A DNA stretch of 64,000 bases from Bacteriovoracia bacterium (lineage in GTDB: Bacteria > Bdellovibrionota > UBA1018 > CAIPTA01): assembly GCA_050246755.1 (NCBI GenBank), contig JBFWVL010000001.1:576001-640000 (forward strand). Direction: 5' to 3'. A model generated the notes under the pieces. That model did no database searches. It had not been told where the DNA came from and saw only the letters and a program-made list of their open reading frames with translations. The position numbers were made by a program, and so were the translations under genes. Of this stretch, positions 47,633-56,823 are shown in pieces (within the stretch, counting starts at the first letter, position 1; every line of letters starts with the position of its first letter).

Positions 47633-47986
47633 CTATTTGCTACTCAGCTTCTCGATTACTTCCTGAATTCGAAGCTTCGCTACCGGCGTCAGTTGTTTAA
47701 AGGTGCCGCTATCCCCGATCGCGCTGGTCACCGAAATACGAATATCGTCGAGACGTTTGTCTTTCAGCGGAATCTCCATCTTATCGTTAACCCAGTCCTG
47801 AGGAGCACGATCCCAATTCTCAATGGGGCGGTCTCCCTGACTCAGCATAGCCTCCAAGCGCTTTTTGAGGTGATCGCTCGTGATGCGCGAACGAACTAAA
47901 TATTTTCCATTCAGAAAATTAGCGTCGACAAACATCGCGATAAAAAATACCGCGAGGACAGCAATGGGAAGAATGATGAACCACAT
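47633..47986 (-). CDS. Small membrane-anchored hypothetical protein
   Basis: N-terminal TM followed by a soluble domain. Confidence 0.6.
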   Translation of the reverse strand: MWFIILPIAVLAVFFIAMFVDANFLNGKYLVRSRITSDHLKKRLEAMLSQGDRPIENWDRAPQDWVNDKMEIPLKDKRLDDIRISVTSAIGDSGTFKQLTPVAKLRIQEVIEKLSSK

Positions 47987-48136
47987 GCGGAGAGACTATC
48001 GTTTCACCCCGCGTATTGTCAAAACGCTCTGAATTAAGGAACGACCGCGCAGTTCTTGAAGGCCCCTTCTTCGGCGAACCCGGCGAAGCGAACCGGTTGC
48101 CGGACCTGGAAGCCCCTTAGGGGCTCAGAAAAAAAT

Positions 48137-48544
48137 CTAGGCTTCGGCCTTTTCTGTCGCCGTTTCAACGAGAACTTTCTCCACTACCTGCAATAGGTCC
48201 GTCACGCCGAAAGGCTTGCGCAGAATCCCGCAGGCACCCTGCCTAGCGGCTTCGCTGGCGGAGAAATCGAAATAAGCCGAGATGAACAGCAAGGGTGGCG
48301 GATTGGGCAGAGCCAGCCTCATTTGCTTCAGCAGCGTGGGCCCATCGCCCCCGGGCATGCGGATATCGCTCACCACGAGATCAAACCGGCTCGCTAAAAC
48401 CATTGCGAGGGCCTCTGTGCCGTTCTTCACGCCCACCACTTCAGCGCCTTCTTCCGAAAGTATCTCATAAACGGCCATGCGGATCTCGGGCTCGTCTTCC
48501 GCCACGAGCACGCGCTTGCCTAGCATTTTTTTCGCGGGCTTCAT
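48137..48544 (-). CDS. Single-domain response regulator
   Basis: AEDE, SDIRMP, ISA, RKPF; ATGA overlap with the kinase. Confidence 0.92.
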   Translation of the reverse strand: MKPAKKMLGKRVLVAEDEPEIRMAVYEILSEEGAEVVGVKNGTEALAMVLASRFDLVVSDIRMPGGDGPTLLKQMRLALPNPPPLLFISAYFDFSASEAARQGACGILRKPFGVTDLLQVVEKVLVETATEKAEA

Positions 48545-50070
48545 GACTTCTTCGGCTCCTTGGGCAGGGAAACTACGAACCTAGTATGCGGGGAATCCTC
48601 ATCGAGGAATAATTTTCCGCCATGGGCTTCCACGATGCCCCGGCTGATACTCAAGCCAAGGCCCGTGCCTTTGCCGATTTCTTTGGTGGTAAAGAACGGA
48701 TGCATGATCTTGGAGCGCAGACTTTTTTCCACGCCGGGGCCCGAGTCAGTGATGGAAATCTCAAAGCTCACTTTATCCTCGCGCGCCTCGATCCTCACCC
48801 AGGGCCGGGAGGATTCTTGCACGGCATCGAATGCGTTATTGAGGAGATTGAGAAAAACCTGCGCGAGCTGTACCGAGCGGCATTCAAGCTGAAGTGCCGT
48901 CTTAGGTACCTTCACGCTCAGATCGATATTGTGGCTCATGAAACGGGCGGAGCAGAGGGAGAGCGTGTCTTCGATCACGGCACGGAGATCGCAGGAATCC
49001 ATGGGATCGAAGCGGGAATCCCGGGCGAAGCTCTTCAGGCCCTTAATGATTTTGGCGATACGGTCCACGGTTTGGTCTACTACTTTGATTTTTTCCATCA
49101 GCCAGGCGGGATCGATGCTCTTCTCGCGTTCGAGCTTGAGGGTGATTTGCTCGGCCTTGGTTTTGATGATGGTGAGCGGATTATTGATTTCGTGGGCAAG
49201 GCCGCCCGCCATCTCCCCTAAGCTTGCAAGCTTGGAGGACTGGGTGATACGGGCCTGAGATTCACGCTGCTCGGTAAGATCGTGCCAGGTCATCAGACTG
49301 AGATCATGGCCGTTGATGGTCACGCGGTTGAGCGTCACTTCCACCGGGAATTCGGTGCCATCGGTTTTTTTATACGTCCACTCGAAGCGGTGAAAGCCTT
49401 TCGCGCGCGCAATGGCCTCCATCTCCGGAAATTTCTCCTCGGATTTTCTTCCATCGGGCTGCAGCTCAGAAGAGTGGAAAAGGAGAGGCCGCCGCATCAC
49501 CTCATCTTTCTGCCGGTACCCGAGCATATGCAGGGTGGCCGCATTGCAATCGATCATCTCGGTATCGTCGAAGAGGAGGTAGGCATCGGAGGAGCGCTCG
49601 AAGATCATCCGGAAATTATCTTCTTCAACGATCTTTTGCCGACGGATATTGGTCTGAGTTCCTACCACGCGGCGGGCCTGGCCGCTGGAATCACGTTCCA
49701 CCACTTTGCCGCGCGTGGAGACCCAGATCCAGTCGCCGTTCTTATTTTTTACTCTCGTATCCGCGTGAAAATAAGGACTCTCCCCCCGGAGATGGCGGCG
49801 GAGCAGCTTAAGGGCCGTAGTTTTGTCGTCGGGATGAATGATGGATTCCCAGAAGAAAAGACCGCCGGGGATTTCATCCGGCTTTAGGCCGAGCTTTTGG
49901 CACCAGGGCGCGCTCACATAGAAAGTATCCCGCTGTAGATCCCAATCCCAGATGCCATCGCTGCTGCTTTCGAGCGCAAGCCGGAGCCGCTCAGGGCTCT
50001 CGAGTGAAGGATCCAGTCCGTTGCGGCTGGAAGAAGATATCGGCAAATCGGTGCTTTCGTGGGCGTTCAT
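48541..50070 (-). CDS. PAS-PAS histidine kinase (NtrB-like)
   Basis: GIWDWD PAS_3, second PAS, AHEINNPL, FFTTKEIGKGTGLGL. Confidence 0.93.
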   Translation of the reverse strand: MNAHESTDLPISSSSRNGLDPSLESPERLRLALESSSDGIWDWDLQRDTFYVSAPWCQKLGLKPDEIPGGLFFWESIIHPDDKTTALKLLRRHLRGESPYFHADTRVKNKNGDWIWVSTRGKVVERDSSGQARRVVGTQTNIRRQKIVEEDNFRMIFERSSDAYLLFDDTEMIDCNAATLHMLGYRQKDEVMRRPLLFHSSELQPDGRKSEEKFPEMEAIARAKGFHRFEWTYKKTDGTEFPVEVTLNRVTINGHDLSLMTWHDLTEQRESQARITQSSKLASLGEMAGGLAHEINNPLTIIKTKAEQITLKLEREKSIDPAWLMEKIKVVDQTVDRIAKIIKGLKSFARDSRFDPMDSCDLRAVIEDTLSLCSARFMSHNIDLSVKVPKTALQLECRSVQLAQVFLNLLNNAFDAVQESSRPWVRIEAREDKVSFEISITDSGPGVEKSLRSKIMHPFFTTKEIGKGTGLGLSISRGIVEAHGGKLFLDEDSPHTRFVVSLPKEPKKS

Positions 50071-50170
50071 AGCAGTCAGATAGTAACAGCGAGTTCTCTA
50101 TAGCAGGTACTTTTTCGCATTATGCCCATAGTCGAAAAAAACGAATTCTAGTTATTCCGCGAAGGTTGCT

Positions 50171-51337
50171 TTACCTTTGCGGAAACTTTTCTGACCATTC
50201 CCGGGCACTCTCGAGCATCGCCATACTAGCCTCGTACTCATTTTCCATGAATTGAAATAGGCGCTGCAGCAATTCCGGGGAAACGCGCCGCCGGCCATCG
50301 GCTGCGGTTTCCTCATCGTAGATCCGCTGAAGCGCTTCGGCCGGCGAAATTTCGGTGCCCGTTTCGGCCCCCGAAATCAAGCCCTCGAAATAATTGGCGA
50401 GAATGAGGAGCTGAGAAGTTTCATCGATCTCGTTGCCGCGCAGGCTATTGGGGAAACCGGAACCATCGTAGCATTCGTGATGCTGGGCGATCATCCGGTA
50501 TACCCGCGGATGGAAGCCCAGGCCGCTCTCTTTGATCAATGCGAGGCTCTTGTCCACATGCCCGTGGAAGACCTCTAATTCTTCCGAGGTCCGGGCCGAG
50601 TTCGGCTTGGCGGCCACTTCGGCCATATCGATTTTTCCGACATCGTGGAAAACCGCGGCTACCACCATATCGGCAAGAATCACTTCGTCGGCGTGGCCCA
50701 GGCACATCGCGAACATCACGCTAAGCGTGCCCACGCCGGCGGTATGATAGATGGCCTCCTGAGACGCCCAAATCTTCAGCACCTCTGAATAGACGTCGCT
50801 CTCCTGCGAGGCCACCAGCAAGATTTTATCCACCACTTCTTTGCTGCGCTTAAAGCCCTCTTCGCGGGCCTTCTCTCCCCTAGCGGTGATCTGATTGATC
50901 ACGCGCAGCGCATCTTGGCTCACTTCGGAAAGAATCTCGGCCTTTTCTTTCGCATCAAGCTGCTCGTCCTGCAGCACGTCCTCCACGAGCGAAGGATAGT
51001 CCTCGAGGTCTTTAGGCTGGAGCAGAGGCCCGGCGGCTGCGGCCTTCTTTGTTGTCTCGGCAGTATGCGTGGAAGCGGCTAGCTGATCGGTAACGGCGCC
51101 CGCTACTCCTTCACCTTTCTCGATGAATTCCTTCAGCTCCTTTTTTGTCCAAAGGCTAAAGTGCGCCTTCTCTTTCAAAAAAGAATATTTATTCAAACCG
51201 ATCGGATCGCCCGCGTGCCGGAGCGGGATAAATTTCTCATTCCGAGGAAAGTGCAGAAAAATAGGGAATGGCAGCCCAACCAAAGGATCTATTTCGTTGA
51301 TGGAAATAGAAATCATGTCTTCCAGTTTCGCTTTCAT
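50171..51337 (-). CDS. HD-GYP domain protein (partly degenerate)
   Basis: HDVGK, HHECYDGSGFP. Confidence 0.88.
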   Translation of the reverse strand: MKAKLEDMISISINEIDPLVGLPFPIFLHFPRNEKFIPLRHAGDPIGLNKYSFLKEKAHFSLWTKKELKEFIEKGEGVAGAVTDQLAASTHTAETTKKAAAAGPLLQPKDLEDYPSLVEDVLQDEQLDAKEKAEILSEVSQDALRVINQITARGEKAREEGFKRSKEVVDKILLVASQESDVYSEVLKIWASQEAIYHTAGVGTLSVMFAMCLGHADEVILADMVVAAVFHDVGKIDMAEVAAKPNSARTSEELEVFHGHVDKSLALIKESGLGFHPRVYRMIAQHHECYDGSGFPNSLRGNEIDETSQLLILANYFEGLISGAETGTEISPAEALQRIYDEETAADGRRRVSPELLQRLFQFMENEYEASMAMLESAREWSEKFPQR

Positions 51338-51431
51338 CCGTGAAAGCCCTCACATGCAACGATCATTACTAAGGAGCGCGTCCTACGCTCAATTGTTATG
51401 ATATTGTTGTGAGGCTACTTAATCAAGTTGG

Positions 51432-52133
51432 CTATTTAAGGAAACTAAGCCGCTTGGTCTTTGGCCGAAGGATATACCCTTCTCCATACATGGAAAGGAT
51501 CTCGTGGTCGCAATCCGCAATGCGCTTTCTAACCGATACCAGGTGGGCGTCTACGGTGCGGGTTGAGATTTCCTCTCCCTTCCAGACTTCCTCGACAATC
51601 TCCTCGCGCTTCACGATGCGGTTCGCGTTCTCGATGAAAAACTTTAGGAGCCGAAACTCCAGGGAGCTGAACTTTACCTCTTTGCGGTCGATCTCCACGG
51701 ACATAGCCTTGTTCGAGAGCTGAAGATTGCCGCAGCGCACGAGTTCAGCGCCTTGGCTGGCCTTTTTCCGCAGCTTGGCCGCTACCCGGGCCTTAAGCTC
51801 CTCGATGCGGAACGGCTTTTCGATATAGTCGTCGGCGCCATACTCAAAGGCGCTCAGAATCGTGTCTAGCTCGGTGCGGGCGCTAAGGAACAATACCGGC
51901 ACATCGCGGGTACGTACCGAGGATTTGATCTTCTTACAGAGATCGATCCCGCTCATGCCGGGCATGGAAACGTCCAGCAGCACTAGGTCCGGTAGGGCCT
52001 TTTCCATCGCGCTCCATGCCTTAGTGCCCGTAGAGGCCGAGCTCACGGAATAGCGCAGGGAAAATTCTTCCACCAAAAACTCTACGATCTGCTCCTCATC
52101 GTCGACAACGAGGAGGGATAAATTCTCGCCCAT
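51432..52133 (-). CDS. OmpR/PhoB-family response regulator
   Basis: Receiver domain plus winged helix (RTVDAHL..RK, GEGY). Confidence 0.93.
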   Translation of the reverse strand: MGENLSLLVVDDEEQIVEFLVEEFSLRYSVSSASTGTKAWSAMEKALPDLVLLDVSMPGMSGIDLCKKIKSSVRTRDVPVLFLSARTELDTILSAFEYGADDYIEKPFRIEELKARVAAKLRKKASQGAELVRCGNLQLSNKAMSVEIDRKEVKFSSLEFRLLKFFIENANRIVKREEIVEEVWKGEEISTRTVDAHLVSVRKRIADCDHEILSMYGEGYILRPKTKRLSFLK

Positions 52134-52355
52134 ATGAAATATAGTTTATGATAGCTAAACAAAATAGCAACATTCACCCATTCTTTTTCCATTTTTATTT
52201 TCCAGGCAAGGCCATTTTCTCGTCGAGAGTCTCTTTTTTCCGATTTTCTCCCGCCATCCGCGGCATTTCACCCCGTATATTTTTATTTTTGTCAATACTC
52301 CGGGAAAACGGCCCTTCGCCAGCCTAACGTCAACAGGTAGGTTTGAGATTTTCCT

Positions 52356-53759
52356 GTGCCCCAGCCTTCGGTAGGGGCAAATTGCGCGACAAGCCCCGGG
52401 CGCATTTGTTACGATATTGTTGAGGTGAAGAAGATGCCTGATCGTATGAAAAATGGCCGCCCTCTCATGGACGAGAGACGGACCAAGCAGAAGCGTATTC
52501 GCGTGGCCCACCTGTGGTGGGACTATGTTCCCGAAAGCTTCGTCGAGCCCCACTCCTACTTTCGCTTCGACCCCCAATTCTCCTCCCGCAATCTGGTTTG
52601 CCAGCTCTGGGAGAACGGAAAGAAGGCCGATGCGGCTACCTCGTTTCTTTACCGCGCAGCCGCCCAAAAGCTCGTGAATCCGGGCGTGGTATTCCGTATA
52701 TTCATGCGCCTAAGCCGGCCGTGGCGCTGGACGCGCTTCCGGAGATTCGTGCGGCGCAGCTTCCAGGCCAATTCTCCCGCCCTAGTCCATTCGCATTTCG
52801 GTACCACCGCCTGCGAGATGACTCATTTAGAAAAACCCCAAGTGGTCACCTTCTATGGTTACGACGGCAGCGCCGCCCTTTTCCAGCCCGCCACGGTGAA
52901 AAAATACCAAGAGATGTTTCCCCGCATAAATAAAATCATCGTGCTCTGCGAAGCGGTGAAACAGCGCTTAGTGGAGCTCGGTTGTGAGCGCAATAAAATC
53001 GCGGTCTGGAACATGCCGGCCGGGGTTGAGCGCTATCCTTATTTCAAGCGTAAGCCCGGCTCCATTTTTCGAATCGTGATGGCCGCTCGCTTTGCCGAAG
53101 CAAAAGGACATGAATACCTACTCGAAGCCGTGCACCGGCTCGTGCAGGACGGACGCTCCCTCCACCTCACGCTACTCGGTTATGGCAACCGAGCAGCGCA
53201 AATCAAAAACCGAATTGACGAGCTAGGCCTTAGCTCTCACGTGACCCTCACCGACAATCACCTAACCGGAGATTTTCACGCCGCCTATCGCTCCGTGCTT
53301 GAACAGAGCGACCTCTTCGTTCTTCCTTCGATTCGCGATAGCCGCGGCACCGATGAAGCTGGGCCGGCTCTCACCATGGTTTGCGCGCAGGCCTCCGGCA
53401 TCCCCGTGGTGTGCACTCCTTTTCCGGGCGCAGAAATTTCATTGATCCCCGGGGAAACCGGTCTTTTTTGCGCCGAGAAAGATCCCACCTCTTTGGCCGA
53501 TTGCATCGATTTCTTCCTCCAGAACCCCGAGCAGCGGGAAACCATGGGCCGACGGGCAAGCGAGCTCGCGAACCGGGAATTTTCCGAATGGACGCAGATG
53601 GATGAGCTGACACGCATCTACGAAGAAGTGCTGGGAATTTTTTCACCCCTGCCCAGTACCGGCACTTCCACCCTGGCGCAAAGCCCCGAAGGAAAAGAAC
53701 CTCAACTGCAGCGCCCGCCAACGCCCTTACCGCCGCAAAGGCAACCGGAGTTTTTTTAA
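52356..53759 (+). CDS. GT4 glycosyltransferase (WcaL-like)
   Basis: HSHFG, VTFYGYD, KGHEYL, LPS...QASGIPVV; true start probably downstream (52434-52467). Confidence 0.85.
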   Translation: MPQPSVGANCATSPGRICYDIVEVKKMPDRMKNGRPLMDERRTKQKRIRVAHLWWDYVPESFVEPHSYFRFDPQFSSRNLVCQLWENGKKADAATSFLYRAAAQKLVNPGVVFRIFMRLSRPWRWTRFRRFVRRSFQANSPALVHSHFGTTACEMTHLEKPQVVTFYGYDGSAALFQPATVKKYQEMFPRINKIIVLCEAVKQRLVELGCERNKIAVWNMPAGVERYPYFKRKPGSIFRIVMAARFAEAKGHEYLLEAVHRLVQDGRSLHLTLLGYGNRAAQIKNRIDELGLSSHVTLTDNHLTGDFHAAYRSVLEQSDLFVLPSIRDSRGTDEAGPALTMVCAQASGIPVVCTPFPGAEISLIPGETGLFCAEKDPTSLADCIDFFLQNPEQRETMGRRASELANREFSEWTQMDELTRIYEEVLGIFSPLPSTGTSTLAQSPEGKEPQLQRPPTPLPPQRQPEFF

Positions 53760-54701
53760 ATGCAGGCCCTAATCCAGCAGCATCGGAAGCAATTTCCTTG
53801 CGACAGCATCGCTGGATTCACGCTGATCGACTGGCATTGCCCCACGTGCGGCCCCACCAGCCAAGAAAAAGTTTTAGGGTATCGATCCACGGGTCAGGAG
53901 CGTAATGTGCTTACCACTCGCTTGGTGCAATGCACGAACTGCACGCTGATCTACGCGAATCCCTTTCCCGTGGCTAATTATCCGGCCGGTCTCTATGAAA
54001 ATCCGGAAAGTTACTTTGCCGGGCACGAGTCGGCGCAGAAGATCACGGCTAACCGCGAGATCCTGAAAAAAATGAAGACACTCATCGGCGCTACCCCCCG
54101 CGTGCTCGACGTGGGCAGCGGTTGCGGCGAGCTCTTAGTGGCCGCATTGCAGGAAAATATCGAAGCGGTGGGAATCGAGATTTCTGATGGCATGGTAACC
54201 GCGGCCGCCGCGCGCCACTCCGTGTCCGTGTTCAAACAAACGGTGGAAGAAAGCGCCGAAGCCTGGCCAAGCGCCTTCAATGGTATCGTCCTCAACGCCG
54301 TGCTCGAGCATGCCTACGATCCGGACCGAATGATCGCGTCCGCCAAAAAACTGCTTCTCCCCGGCGGCATACTGTATATCGACGTGCCCAATGAGCCCAA
54401 TATTCTAACTAGGGCGGCGCACGTGGTGAACCGCCTCGTGGGCGGCAACAAAACGTTTTGCCTCTCTCCCACCTGGGAGCCTTACCATGTCTACGGATTC
54501 AACCCTCGCGCCCTGGAAGCTTTGCTCACCAAGCACGGCTTTCGCGTAGAGGAACTCAGCGTGTTCGCCAGCTGCGGAATGGCGGCCCAATCCGGCTTAA
54601 AACGTAAAGCCCAGGCATGGCTGGCCAACCACCTTAATACGATTGGAAATCTCACGGGCACCTCGGGAAATTTATCCCTCTGGGCGCGTTTGGAAAAATA
54701 A
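53760..54701 (+). CDS. Class I SAM methyltransferase with N-terminal CxxC pair
   Basis: CPTC..CTNC, VLDVGSGCG, VLEH, PGG..VPN. Confidence 0.88.
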   Translation: MQALIQQHRKQFPCDSIAGFTLIDWHCPTCGPTSQEKVLGYRSTGQERNVLTTRLVQCTNCTLIYANPFPVANYPAGLYENPESYFAGHESAQKITANREILKKMKTLIGATPRVLDVGSGCGELLVAALQENIEAVGIEISDGMVTAAAARHSVSVFKQTVEESAEAWPSAFNGIVLNAVLEHAYDPDRMIASAKKLLLPGGILYIDVPNEPNILTRAAHVVNRLVGGNKTFCLSPTWEPYHVYGFNPRALEALLTKHGFRVEELSVFASCGMAAQSGLKRKAQAWLANHLNTIGNLTGTSGNLSLWARLEK

Positions 54702-54712
54702 AGGAGGGCAAC

Positions 54713-55708
54713 TTGGCAAATATCAGTTCCTTCCACGGAAAAAAAATCCTGATCACGGGTGGACTCGGCTTTGTGGGCAGTAATCTCGCCCTCGCCCTAG
54801 TGCGCGCGGGCGCCGAGGTAACGATCATCGATAACCTTTCTCCCGGCTGCGGCGGGAATATCTTCAACGTGCATCCGGTCCGCCGCTCGCTGAAAATCCA
54901 CCAAATAGATCTTTGCGACCAGGAAAAACTGCTAGCTTCGGGAATTTTCAATCGCAATTTAGATTTTGTGTTCAGCCTGGCCGCCCGGGTGAGCCACATC
55001 GACAGCATGCAATTCCCTCTGGAAGACCTTCGCACGAATGCCACCGCCGAGCTTACCCTGCTCGAGTGCCTGCGTCATCACTCACCGCAAGCCCGAGTCG
55101 TGCACACCGGCACGCGCCAAGTATTCGGGCGCCCCGCGTATTTTCCGGTGAATGAGAATCACCCGATCCAGCCGGTAGACATCAACGGCATTCACAAATA
55201 CTGCGCCGAGCAATATCATCGCACCTACCACGAAGCCTTCGGCCTTCGCACCACCGTGTTGCGCCTGACGAATACCTACGGGCCTCGACAGCTAATCCGG
55301 CCTTCTACGCAAGGAGTAGCGGGTAATTTCATCGGGCGCGCTTTACGCCGGGAGGAGATCGAGCTCTTCGGGGATGGCGAACAAACCCGTGACTTCAACT
55401 TCGTGTCTGACGTGGTGGAAGCCCTCCTCCTCGCGGTTACGACCGACGCATGCTCCGGTGGTACGTATAATCTCGCTGGCTTCAATCATTCGGTGGCCAG
55501 CTTCCTCCGGCTCCTCGCCCAGGAAGTGCCGATCTCGGTACGCAGCATAGAATTTCCTGCCGATCATAAAAAAATCGAGATCGGGAACTTCGCCGCCTCG
55601 GCCGAAAAATTCGCGCAAGCCACGGGATGGAAACCCGCCGTGGACCTCAGCCAAGGCATTGGTGAAACTCTTCGTTTTTTCCGGGACAATGCCGCATGTT
55701 ACCTGTGA
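54713..55708 (+). CDS. NAD-dependent epimerase/dehydratase
   Basis: ITGGLGFVG, TNTYGPRQ, RDFNFV; YxxxK appears as NGIHK. Confidence 0.9.
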   Translation: MANISSFHGKKILITGGLGFVGSNLALALVRAGAEVTIIDNLSPGCGGNIFNVHPVRRSLKIHQIDLCDQEKLLASGIFNRNLDFVFSLAARVSHIDSMQFPLEDLRTNATAELTLLECLRHHSPQARVVHTGTRQVFGRPAYFPVNENHPIQPVDINGIHKYCAEQYHRTYHEAFGLRTTVLRLTNTYGPRQLIRPSTQGVAGNFIGRALRREEIELFGDGEQTRDFNFVSDVVEALLLAVTTDACSGGTYNLAGFNHSVASFLRLLAQEVPISVRSIEFPADHKKIEIGNFAASAEKFAQATGWKPAVDLSQGIGETLRFFRDNAACYL

Positions 55709-56823
55709 AAGTTCCCTTCCTTGATTTGAAGCGGGACACTCTGGCCGAGCAAACGGATATACGTGAAATTCTTGCCGCGGTGGCGGCGAGCGGGCAATAT
55801 CTCTTTGGCCCGAGACTGGCGCAATTCGAATCCGATCTTGCCGAGCATCTCTCCCTAAGCCGAGAGCTCGTAAAAGTTTGCCACTCCGGCACCGATGCCC
55901 TGACTCTCGCCCTGCTCGCGGCCGGGGTGGGCACGGGGCACGAAGTGATTACGCCGGCCAATACCGCCGTGGCCACCGCGGCCGCCATCGTAGCCACCGG
56001 CGCCCGGCCGATTTTCTGCGATGTAAATCCTGCAAGCGGGCTTCTAAATATCGAAGACTGCCTAACCCGCATCACGAGAAAAACCCGCGCCATTATTCCG
56101 GTTCACCTTTATGGAAATGCTTTTGACCTGGAAGAGCTGCGTGACGCCCTCAACCGGGGCGGGCACGCTGATATCTGCCTGATCGAGGACGCGGCTCAAG
56201 CTCAAGGGGCCACGTTCAAGGGAAAAATGGTGGGTACCATGGGAGACTACGGGGCCTTTAGCTTTTTCCCCACCAAGAATCTCGGCGCCATGGGCGATGG
56301 GGGCGCGGTGGCTTGCAAGCGCGAAGAAAGCGCGCGCCGAATTGGCGCGTTACGGTTCTACGGGCAAACCGAGCGAAATCTGGCTTCCATTCCGTACGGG
56401 ATCAATAGCCGAATGGACGAATTTCAAGCCGCCATTCTCTCGTACCGCCTCGGCAGATTTCACCTCGCACAGAAAAAAAAGATAGCGTTGATGGAAATCT
56501 ACCGGGAAGGCCTGCGCTCGCTTCCCCTCCGGCTCCCGGCCGTCTCCCCGTATTGTGTTCCAGCATGGCACCTTTGCGTGGCCATTACCGATAGAGAGGA
56601 AGACCGGGATCCTCTCCGTAAATTCCTTGCGGAAAAGGGGGTGGAAACTTTGGTCCACTACCCCACTCCCCTGCACCAGCATCCAGCTTTTCTAACCGAC
56701 GTATCCTTGCCGGGAGCGGAGAAATTGGCCAAACAAGTGCTTTCCCTGCCCTTCAGCGGATTTCATTCGCTCAAAGAAATCGAGACGGTGATCGAGGCGG
56801 TGCGGGGTTATTTTAGGTCTTGA
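55696..56823 (+). CDS. DegT/DnrJ/EryC1/StrS sugar aminotransferase
   Basis: SGTDAL, PVHLYG, EDAAQA, SFFPTKNLG, NSRMDE. Confidence 0.95.
   Translation: MLPVKVPFLDLKRDTLAEQTDIREILAAVAASGQYLFGPRLAQFESDLAEHLSLSRELVKVCHSGTDALTLALLAAGVGTGHEVITPANTAVATAAAIVATGARPIFCDVNPASGLLNIEDCLTRITRKTRAIIPVHLYGNAFDLEELRDALNRGGHADICLIEDAAQAQGATFKGKMVGTMGDYGAFSFFPTKNLGAMGDGGAVACKREESARRIGALRFYGQTERNLASIPYGINSRMDEFQAAILSYRLGRFHLAQKKKIALMEIYREGLRSLPLRLPAVSPYCVPAWHLCVAITDREEDRDPLRKFLAEKGVETLVHYPTPLHQHPAFLTDVSLPGAEKLAKQVLSLPFSGFHSLKEIETVIEAVRGYFRS

Noticed and set aside
47990-48135. GC-rich hairpins as a c-di-GMP riboswitch or terminator
   Set aside because: No GEMM consensus; the T-run lies on the wrong side of the AGCCCC-tta-GGGGCT hairpin
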